A DNA stretch of 56,986 nt from Octopus bimaculoides (taxonomy: Eukaryota), in contig NC_068981.1 in NCBI RefSeq assembly GCF_001194135.2, positions 40,560,905 to 40,617,890 on the forward strand. The letters run 5' to 3'. Positions 28,701 to 40,797 of this stretch are shown one piece after another. Positions within the stretch are counted from its first letter, which is position 1; every line of letters starts with the position of its first letter. A model generated the notes under the pieces. The model made no database searches and was not told where the DNA came from. It worked only from the letters and a program-made list of their open reading frames with translations. The position numbers were made by a program, and so were the translations under genes.

Positions 28701-31700
28701 TTTAAGGTAAACCAGAGAAGCATGATCTCAAATAGCAAAATAATTATAATACCAGTGAAGAGAAAGTGTCCGATATTTTGTCTTTATTTTAACATCTGTT
28801 TGGTGCCATGGAGAAAGCATCTACGCCATGTAAAAGCACCCATGCCACTGCTGCATAAAAGCACCCAGTATACTCTATAAAGTGGTTGGTATTAGGAAGG
28901 GCATTCAGCCATTGAAACCATGCCAAAACAGACATGGATCCCAAGCAGCTCTTCAGCCAACATGGAAAATGGACATTAAATGACGATGATTTCCTGTTCT
29001 AGATTGGATGAGGAGTTTAAGAAATACTGATTTTTATTGTATTTGTATTATTGACAATATTTTATTAAGGTTTATTATGTGAGTATATAAATTTAACTGT
29101 CAGATATTTCTATAAAAAAAAGATAAAAGAAAAATCTTAATTGATAATAAAAGAATGTTTAAGTAAATACACTTGAATAGTTATGATTAAGATGTTCAAT
29201 AAAATGTATTTGTCAATTTTATTTTTAAGTATCAAGCCATCGATATATATCAAGATCATTATATGAAAGTTTAGAAAATCAATTTTTTCTTTTAACATCA
29301 TATTGTTTTGTATTTGCTTTTTCCACGATTATTTCCCTTAATTTTGATCACATGAAGGAGGTCTTTTGATGTTGTTGCCCTTCCTGCTTAGACAACACAA
29401 AGTCTGGAAAAACTGCAAATTACGGATCTTCACAGTAGCCCGTATCCTTTGAAAGACCAAAAGTTCAACATTTACACCAAATATTTTTGATATCTAATTT
29501 TTCAGAGAATTAGTGTATATTCATAAATCTGAAGGAGGTTTTGTTGGGTGTCAGTAAGTATCACTTACTTTTTGAAGTGGATACAGCTTACATTTCAGGA
29601 TATACGCCATTCAATATAGTAAAAAATAATGGTTGGTGAGAGTGGATATATGCTAAGGACAGGAATTGGCATTGAAGAGGAATTACATTGACTGACAGAT
29701 GTAAGAGTGAGGTCAAGGAGGAAGGCTAAGAAAGAGATGGTTGGTGCGACAGTTGGCTGCCAAATCCCTGACTGCCAGACTACCTTAGCTAGCAATGTGT
29801 TGATTGAATTACTTAGTGAAGGTGACACAGAGAGGAATGTTTAGACATCTAGCGAGGCAAAACTAAATAGACAAGCACACAAAATGTTAAGCACATGTAG
29901 TCAGTGAGTGTACAAATACAACAAAGCATACTATCTGAAAGGAGTGGGGAAGGATAGGAGGACACAAGTTGTAAAACCAAGAAGTAAAAAAAAAAAAGTA
30001 AAGTGTTGAAACTAGAGGAAATGAAGGTAAATGTTCATACAAGTTAGAGCAACGGTTCTCAGTTCAAAATTGACCTGCTGTGCTTTTTAATTATTACATT
30101 GGTATACTCCAAACATGAGTTGTCTAGATGTGAAGTGGTGATCGACAGCTTTCAACAGATGTCTAGGACTTGTCACTCACATACAAAGTCTTGCAGAACA
30201 GCATGTGATACAGTGCATTAGATTAGCAAAAGTGCAATCAAAATGGTCAAAAACATGGGTAGTTTACTTGAAGCCATATAGAGTAATAATGCTGGGGTTG
30301 AAGTGGGAAATATAGCATTAAGTGCAGGAGGAGCAGGCAAAAGTACCAAGTTAGGTGTTAGGGACTTTGGGGTCAGAATGTTACAGAGGTTTTTGTCACT
30401 TTTGAAGAGTAGGTAAGGCTTCATAGAATATGGGAGCAGTAGTTAGGTCAAGCTGTAAAAAAAATTGCAAAAGTTGTAAGGAAGTGAGTGGAAGATGAGG
30501 ATGGAAAGGAATGTATGCCACAGGTAAGCAGTTCAAGACAGAGAAGAGCATTGGTGCAGTTAACGGTGTGGGCCTAGCAATACCAGTGGAAGATTGTGGT
30601 TACATTCAAAAAGATGGTGGGACAATTCTTGAAATCAGAGGCTATGGAAGAATAGTTCATTTAAAGCTAAATATTACCAGTCTAGAGAGTTTGTCTACAG
30701 AAACCAAAGAATTTCCTTTTCCTTCTATTCTCTATGAGTTTTTATTTAAAATACCTGCCTTGCTGAAGGGGTTGCTCCTGCTACAACTTACTGTGTCCTC
30801 ATCATTGTTAGTAATTCTTGACAAATCCCATATAATAAATACTTGAAAAAAAACAAAACTGAAAATGTAAGTGAGCTCTAAGGATTCTTTACATATGCAC
30901 AGCATTATTATAAGCAAATAGTTATTATATTTAGTGGCTTTTTGGCTGTTGCAACTTTTCCAGTCATGCTTTTTTTACACAGGATATTTTTTTACACAGT
31001 AGATTTTCCTACAAAATAATAATTTGGTGGTATCGAATTAACTGCCTTAAAATATTTTAAATGTGTGAGTGTGTGTGTGTGTGTTTGTTTGAGAGATTCA
31101 ATAGATAATCTAAAATAAACAAAATGGATTTCCTTTTGTTTGTATATTCTGAGATTGAATTCCTTTATGTTGACTTTACCTTTCATGTACACAAAATCAA
31201 TAAAATGATACCAACAATTTACTGGGATCAATATACCATTCATTCAGTTTTTGGTATTGTGTATTTGTTATTTTCTTAATAATACACTTCTTAGAACTGG
31301 AAGATAACAGTATTCAAATGGAAAAGGATCTTAACCAATACATGTATAACTTACGTATTGAAGCTGAAGTTAAAATAGTTGAGATGGTAAGAAATTGTTA
31401 TTGTCTTGATGTTAATGTTTTTCATCTGCTTTATATTTTACACCCTTTCAATAATGTTTTAAAAGTTTGTACAGATGTTATATTTCATCACAGCTAACAG
31501 TTGTCAAAAATCTCTTTTAAACATGCAGGCACAGGCATGTCTGTATGGTAAGAAATTTGCTTCCCAACCACATGGTTCTGGATTCAGTCCCACTGCATGG
31601 CACTTTGGTAAATATCTTGTACTATAACTAGAGGCCAACCAAAGCACTGTGAGTGGATTTGGTAAACAAAGAGCCTCTCACTCTGAGTAAAAGGTAGACT

Positions 31701-33633
31701 GTATGATGCATGTGTATGAACAGCTATGCTACATGGCAGTGAAACATGAGCCATGACTGCTGAGGACATGCATAAGCTCGCAAGGAATGAAGCCAGTATG
31801 CTCTGATGGATGCATAATGTCAGTGTGCATACTCGACAGAGTGTAAGTACCTTGAGATAAAAGTTGGACCTAAGAAGCATCAGATGTGGTGTGCAAGAGA
31901 GACAATTGCGCTGGTATGGTCATGTGGTGAGAATGGATGAGGATAGCTGTGTGGAAAAGTGCCACACCCTAGTGGTTGAGGGAACCTGTGGAAGAGGTAG
32001 ACCCAGGAAGACCTGGGGTGAGGTGGTGAAACACAACCTTCGAACATTAGGCCTCACTGAGGCAATGACTAGTGACCGAGACCTTTGGAAATATGCAGTG
32101 CATGAGAAGACCCAGCAAGCCAAGTGAGATCATAACACGTGGCCTATGCCAGGGGTGTAACCAGCCCAATTATGCATACCTTTGCTTCATCGGGCACTAA
32201 ACTCTGGTGTCCTTATTTTGACACTACTCTGACTAATACAAAACATATAAAATTCCTCATCTCAGAAATACAGAAATGTGTTTCTTGTGTTCTTTTGTCA
32301 TAAATAATAATGTAAAAATTCTCCACCTCTTTATTTTCTCAGAGTAATTCTGACATATCTGCTTATACCTATGAACGAACCCTTATGATGGAACAAAGAA
32401 CAGAACTGCTGAGTAATATGAGACTGCAGAAGGAAACGGTTAGTTTTCTTTCTTCTAATTTGCTAATTTGCCTCTAAATAAACTTAAACATCATTTATCT
32501 TTCTCTCATTATATTTTCTGATGCTGCTGGTTAGCAGAAGAAAGCATATTTAACCCTTTATTATTCAGATTTCTGTGTCGAATGTAATACTTATTTGTTC
32601 ACATTGATAAAAAATTAATCACACATTACCTTGTAGTTTTGAGATTTCAATGATGTAATTGTTTTATTTTTAGAATAATATTGTAGGGTAAGTGTGAGAG
32701 GACAGCTCTAGCTAGTTTGAAGATGAAACAGATAGAATATTTGGACCAGATATGACTGGCTTAAATGCTAAAGACTTAATTTCTGTATTGAAGCCGTTCT
32801 CAGTTGTAAGAATCATAGTATAATGGATTTCAGCTAAATTTAAACAGAATGTCCATACATCATATATTTATTAGAAAATATGCTTTTTGTTTCTAAAAAC
32901 ATTCATTTTGAAATTGACCATATCATCTAAAGAAGGTAATGAGAAATGGCTGCATACCTTACTGTAGATAAATATTCTACTGCTCTTTCTTTATTTTGCC
33001 ATATTTGTTACTCAACTTTACTATATTTTTTTTATGTGCAATGTACATTATTATTATTATTATTATTATTATTATCATTACTATTATTAGGTGCAGACAT
33101 GGCTGTGTGGTAAGGCAGCGAGCTGGCAGAAACGTTAGCATGCCGGGCGAAATGCTTAGCGGTATTTCATCTGCCGCTACATTCAAATTCTGCCGAGGTT
33201 GACTTTGCCTTTCATCCTTTCGGGATCGATAAATAAAGTACCAGTTATGCACTGGGGTCGATGTAATCGACTTAACCCCTTTGTCTGTCTGTGTTTGTCC
33301 CCTCTATGTTTAGCCCCTTGTGGGCAATAAAGAAATAAGAAGCTTGCTTCCCAACCACATTGTTCTGGGTTCAGTCCCACTGCATAGTACCTTGGGCAAG
33401 TATCTTCTACTATAGCCTCAAGGTGGTGAGCTGGCAGAATCGTTAGCATGCCATGTGAAATGCTTAGTGGCATTTCATCACACTTTACGTTCTGAGTTCA
33501 AATTCCACCAAGGTCAACTTTGCCATTCATCCTTTCAGGGTTGATAAATTAAGTACCAGTAAAAAACTGGGGCCAGTGTACTCAACTAGTCCTCTCCCAA
33601 CAATTTTCAGGCTTTGTGCCTTTAGTAAAAAGG

Positions 33634-33672
<39 letters not shown>

Positions 33673-34985
33673 ATTATTATTATTATTATTATCATTATTA
33701 TTATTAAAGCAACAAGCTAACAAAATTGTTAGCATGCCAGGCAAAATGCTTAGTCGCATTTTGTCTCTCTTTGTTTTAAGTTCAAATTCTGCTGAGGAAA
33801 TAAGTACCCGTTGAGTACTGGGGTCATTGTAATCAACTTACCCCCTCACCTGAACTTACTGGCCTTGTGCCAAAATTTGAAGCCATTACTACTACTACTA
33901 TTACATATAATAAACTATCAATGTCTTCTCAGTTATTGTGAGCCCATAATACCAAAAGTTTACTGCCTGTGAAACTATACTATAATGATTATACAACATT
34001 AAGAGACTTAATCTTGCATTACTTATTCCTTCTTTTCTAAAACTCTCTCTAACATTCTACCAATCTAATTGTAATTAGCATTTACTCCTGGCTGATAATT
34101 TCTCTCTGTTTTCTCCAGTACACTCCATAAACAAAATTTGGATGCATCAGATCCAAAACACTCCTTTTTTCACTGCCATTTAACTACAGCTGCTTTTCTC
34201 CACATTAAAGTATAGTCATAAGTTTTCAGACTTATTAGGTTAAAGTGATAGTCACTGTACATAAATTCTCTTTTATAGTTAATCAGTTAAATGTATAAGT
34301 GTGGTATTTTCATACTACATAACAGATTATTATGAATTTACTTAACTTTTCTAAATAATCATAATTCATTAACCTTTGGCAGACAATTATGTTTGTTCTA
34401 ACTTTCTGGTGTTTGTTGTATTTTTGCATTGTAGGCTCAGTCTATAATTGATCGTGCTCATAACCCTACTTCTCTGGAGTCAAAAGATGCGACATTGGAA
34501 ACAGTTGTTGAAGAGGCCATTGAATTCAATGATGCTGCCAATTCACTAGAACTTGACCGAAGTCAATACACATTTTCTCCATCAGAAGCAAAATCACTTG
34601 GAAAAGAATTAGGGAAAGAACTTTTCCAAATGAAACCGTTAGTATCGAATTATTCTATTTGCTAACTTTGTGAAAATTTTCAAGATTATTTCTTTTTTAT
34701 AATTTTTGCTGATTTTTCTTTAATGATAAACAAATTGTTTATTTTCTTTTGAACTTTTAAACTAATATAATTGAACTTGTAAGGTGTCCTCTTTCTCTTT
34801 TTACTCATCCTGCTCAATACAAGTGCCAAATTTCCTATGTTGAAGTCCTTACTATCTTTAAAATGCAGACGACAGGAAGGTTTCCCAACCACATGGTTCC
34901 AGGTTCAATCCCACTGCATGACACCTTAAGCAATTGTTTTCTACTATAGTCTTAGGCCAACCAAAGCCCTGTGAATGGATTTGGT

Positions 34986-35032
<47 letters not shown>

Positions 35033-38000
35033 CTGTCTGTCTGTCTTTGTCCCTCACCACTGCTTGATAGCTGGTGTTGATATGTTTACATCCTCATAAC
35101 TTAGCAGTTCAGTAAAGGAGACCAATTGAATAAGTTCCAAGCTTTAAAAAATAATAAGTGTTGGGGGTTGATTAATTCAATGAAAAATTCTCCAAGGCAA
35201 TGCTCCAACATGACTACAGTCTAATGACTGAAACAAGCAGAAGATAAAAGATAAACAACCATTGCCTCTGTATGTACCATAGGTTTGCTCAAGCATGGTT
35301 GACTTGATTTGCTCAATATATTGCTATTAGAGAAATATGATGAAATAATATTGTTTATTATGTTGTCTTGTATAAATGCAGATAGACCAAGTGGTTTCAG
35401 ATGCAGTTCCATGGCATAGCACCTTGAGCAACTGTCTTCTACTATACCCCCAGGCTGACCAAAGCCAAGTGGTTTTGGTAGGCAAAAATTGAAAAATGAA
35501 ACCCATCTTGTGTGTGTGTGTGTGTGTGTGTGTGTTTACTATTGTACTACTCACTACTACAAAATTGTGACCTACGAATGGTGGTTCTGTTGTCACACAT
35601 ATCCACAAATTATCCACTAACTTTGTACTTTTGAAGCTGAATGGAATAAGTAACTAATTTCTTGTGAAAGAAATAAAGGTTAGAGTCAAGAAGCACAGGT
35701 GGTTGTAAAACAATGCCTCAATGTCATATTCATCTAATCCATGCCAGCATAAAAAAAATACAAAAAAACAAAGGAACAAAGTACTTGTAATGTTCTCAAT
35801 CAGAAGATGTCAAAAGGGTAGTATTTTCAGATCTTTCACTTTTGAATCATTAATATTTAATGTCTGTTTTCCATGCTGCCATGGGTTGGATGGCTTGACA
35901 GAAACTGGTAAGGCTAGGGACTGCACTGTATTCCATAGTCTGTTTTGGCTTGGTTTCTATGGTTGGATGCCACTTCACAGAAAAAAAATTCTGTTTACAT
36001 GTCTCAAGTTATAAACGTTTTTATTTCTCATAAACATGGCTTTGGGTTCGGGTCTAATGTGTAGCACCTTTGGCAAATGTACTCTACAATAGTACTGGAC
36101 TAACCAAAACCTTGTGAGTGAACTTGGTTGGTAGAAACTAAAAAAAAAGAAGTTCCACGTGTGTGTGTGTGTGCGCATGCACATGCTTGTGTATGTGTGT
36201 TTACTACTGACATTTGTTTATACAAGTTGGCCCTCCTTGTGGCTTCAAAGTTATGTGGAATATGAATATCTCTTATCTGAAAGACAGCTAATTGCTGGCA
36301 TCTGGAACAGCATTTAGCTGTGAAACAAATGTCTCAATAATATACATGTCTAGCATAGATAAAAACAGGCATAAAAACAAGCAATATTCACATATATCCC
36401 AAATTTGTAATAATATTATATATATCATCATCATCATCATCATCGTTTAACGTCCGCTTTCCATGCTAGCATGGGTTGGACGATTTGACTGAGGACTGGT
36501 GAACCAGATGGCTACACCAGGCTCCAATGTGATTTGGCAGAGGTTCTACAGCTGGATGTCCTTCCTAATGCCAACCACTCCGAGAGTGTAGTGGGTGCTT
36601 TTACATTATATATATACACAGGGTGTGATGGGTACATTGTTGCTATTTTATATTTTTAATTTCATGCATGCACATTGCTTGTTTCTGATTTTGTTGACTA
36701 CACAGTATAGTAGGGTCAGTTGGGCACTGTCTGTGAGAAAAACAGCACCATGACACAATTCACTCTGCCAGAAATTTGGAAACGATATGCTGTGCTGCTT
36801 GGCTTTCACGTCAGAAGCTCCGATACAAACATATCAGAATGTTTGAGTGTCAATATGAGGACAGAGCAGAGGATTCAGAATGAGTTGGATGAGTCTGATG
36901 GTGATTATGAAGGTATGGCAGCTCAGGAAACTCACTCTGATTGTTCTGATATGAAAAGAACTCCTGAATTTGTTGGTGACATCCAGGCCATGATTGACAA
37001 CGATCCCTTCAAGTCAATTAGGTACATCACCCAGGACATGAGAGTGTCTGAGTCTCTTAACAGGCAGATAGTGCATGAAGACATTCAGTATTCCTCATAC
37101 AAGATGAGAAAGGGCCAATTTTTATCCCAAACCATCGAGGACAAGAGGAAACAGGATTTTGTCTGGCAAGAGGACTCTACACCATGCCACACAAGCAGGA
37201 GAACCCAGTAATGGTTGTCAGTCAATTTCTGCAACCCCATCACCCCTTACATCTGGCCACCTAACTCCTCAGACTGCAACCCCCTTGATTATTATGTGTA
37301 GGGCACGGTGTTAAAATGAAATATCAGTGTTATTTTCATTTTTGCATAATTTAGATGACAATTTATTCACCATACCCTGTATATATATATATATATATAT
37401 ATATAAATTTTTCATCATTATTTAATGTCCACTTTTTCATGCTTGCATGAGTCATACGAAATTTGTTGACTGATTTACTGTAGCTAAATGTCCTTCCGGT
37501 CACCAACCCTTATGCAAAATTGTGATACAGCTAGCAGAGCATTAATAAGAGTTAAACGGCATATTAAAATATGGTCTGTCAAAGTAGTTTAACCTTTATA
37601 TGTAGAGTCATGAATCATGCATCAACTAATGATAGGAAGAAAGATAAAGCAGAGAGTTAAATAACAACAACAAGAGTACTGAAAGATAGAAACACTTGTC
37701 CAAGAGAATGTATCACCATTTAGATTATGAGGTTAATGAGTAAAGACAACATATGCAAAAGGTAGGTTATTGGAATAAAATAACCCAGACCATAAAAGAA
37801 AAACAATAAAAGTTGAATTGGTAAAAGAAGAAAAACAATGTAAGAATTATGAAACACAAAGGAGTCATCATCATCATTTAACATCTGTTTTCCATGCTGG
37901 CATGGGTTGGACGGTTTGACTGAAAGCTGGCAAGCTGGGGAGATGCCCCAGGTTCCAATCTGATTTGGCATGGTTCCTACAGTTGGCTGCCCCTCCTAAC

Positions 38001-40464
38001 ACCAACCACTCCAAGAGTGTAGTGAGTGCTTTTTACATGTCATGGACATGGGTACCAGTTATGAAACACTGGCATTGGCCACGAGTACAATCTCACTTAG
38101 CTTGACAGGTCTTCTCAAGCACAGTATATTGCCAAAGGTCTTGGTCACTTGTCTCCATGAGGCCCAAGGTTCAAAGGGTGCTTTTTACATGCCTCAAGAC
38201 AAAACAAAAAATATGCGTGCTGCCCTGATTATTATAATTGTTGTTATTTTTCAAACTGTGATACAAGTTTTACGTCATGAGGAAAAAGAGATGACCAACA
38301 TATTGGACACTTGTCCTTGTTTGGTGAAAGAAAAAAATGTGATGATCTTATCACTCAGCTTCAAGATTGTAAACGATTCATTTTGTTGTGACTCTCAATG
38401 GTACAACACATCCTTTATTTATTAAATTAATTTTATTTTCTTCTTGGTGTGTTTTTGTTTATTTTTTGTTTTTGATCTTTTTCTGAAATAGTGATAAAAA
38501 GAATGTACGAAGAATGCACACAGCAGTAAAACTGAATGAAGTAATTGTTGAGAAATCCCATGAAGCACAGCTTGTCATATTAAACCTACCAACACCTCCC
38601 AGAACTGAATCTGGAGAACAAAACTGTATCCTTTCTTTAAAACCACTTTTATCTTTCAGTCTTTGAAATTTCAATTCATATTCTAAATATATTTCAACTG
38701 GGATAACCACAAAACTAGGCTCATTAAGTGCAGCTTAGTGTTTTAAATGCAACAATAGAATTTTTTTTACAACCATCGGAGCACAAAGCACTCCACATGG
38801 ACACAAGTTCATGACATAGTTGTGATCTGTAAACAGTTTTGAGTAGAAACCAGAAAGAGAAGTACGAAGATGCAATGTGCATGTGCACACTGAATATTTA
38901 AGATGGAAGAGAAGAATAAAACAAGTTATTTGATGGTCTGCTTTGCTTCAATTTTCTTGTTCTATTCTATTTTGCCTCTATGATAGCATCTGTTATTATG
39001 GCCAGAGAAATTTTGTTTTTATATAATTCAATGCCTTGCTAACTGATTAATAATAAAGTTTAGAAATTGAGCAAGGCAGAGAGAGGCAGATAAAATTATG
39101 TAATTTAGCCAAGGTACAATATTATATCTCAAAGTTTCATACATATTTCTGATCAAATAACTATGATTATAATAACACATAATATTTGAGTGAATAGTCA
39201 CTGGATGGCAAAGGAACCATTTCAAAATACTTAAAGATAATTAAACGCTTTCCCCAATAATGAAACATATTATATTTAGGCTATGACAAAACCATAAAAT
39301 GTCACAGTGACACTTTGGGCACACAGTTTTTATACCAACTTGTATATATCATAAACCAGTTGTGTGATGAGTGGCATATGTGAAAACTTGGACAGTAATA
39401 AAGTGTAGCAACAGCACTGCAATAAATATTCAATAAATATTTGCTCTCTATTGAAATCCTTTTCCCCATTCTCTCTTGTTAATTCAGACATATATACAGT
39501 TATATGTGTGTGTCTGTGACCATTCCTATGTTATGCTTACTGGTGTTGCAGCTCTTTAGGTCAAAGATTACTTAATGTTTTGATAAATAATCATCGTCAT
39601 CAACAGTATCATGATTGTTAAAATATGAACCAGAATGAAATATATATGCATTGGGAACAATATGATCAACCATGAAAAAGAATTTTGAAGGTGATGCATC
39701 AACATAATGATTTGTAACATAGGCATATGGCTTGAAATTTCAGGAAAAGAATGTTAGTTAACTAAATCAACCTCAGTACTTGACTAGTACTTTTTTTGTA
39801 TCAACTCCTGAGGGATAAAAGACAATGTTGTCTTCAGAGGGATTTGAACACTGAACATAGCAGGCCATAACAAATATCACTAAGTATTTTGTTTGACACT
39901 GACTAAATTACTATGCAGTCTATTGGCTGAAATCAGTTAAAGAATAAAAGAACATCATACTTGCAATCCTTCCAACTCTTATCTAACAACACTATCCACC
40001 TATCTTTTTTTCACTCTGATAGTTTACTTGCACTCACTACATTAACACACAGTAATGAAAGTAAGATAATCATAAAATATATCAGATGATGAGAATTGAC
40101 AAATTACAATCCTCAAATATACACAGGAGCTGTGACAGCTCTGTGCACTGAGGGACTTTGATGTTATAGATTGTGAAAAAGGAAAAGGAGTGTACAGTGT
40201 GTATGCTTAACAATGTACAATATGACTTTACCGTGATGCAGAAATCTTTATTGCAGTTTACTTATTTCTAATCAAATACAAACAAGAAAGAATAGATTAC
40301 ATCCACTCTAGGTGAATTTACACAGTACAACCTATAGCAACAACTAAAGATTTATTGCCTATTGTCTCTCACGCTCTTCTGAGTACTTAACTGCAAAGAC
40401 ATTATATTCACACTTTAACCATGTTTCTTGAAGCCTACCACAGCATAATACCACTTTCATTTAG

Positions 40465-40506
<42 letters not shown>

Positions 40507-40752
40507 TTGTTTATTCCATTACCACAGATCCAACAAAATATATTCTCTTTCACTTATGAACTTGTCAGCTGCCCCTATTGATTCCATGAGCAAAACCATA
40601 TACTTTGTTTGACTAATGGTGGTTATGGATTAAATGTGCTGACACTCAGACTTCTGACTGAGTTTTTGTTCTAAGTGGCCTGCCCATATTTGTATGAAGT
40701 TTTCACCACACTAGTCACACACATGCACATGCATACACACACACACACATAC

Positions 40753-40797
<45 letters not shown>

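Noticed and set aside
34435-34440. Second AG 6 nt downstream of the acceptor (gtag-gctcag)
   Set aside because: It would drop only two residues (AQ), and there is no evidence of use without transcript data
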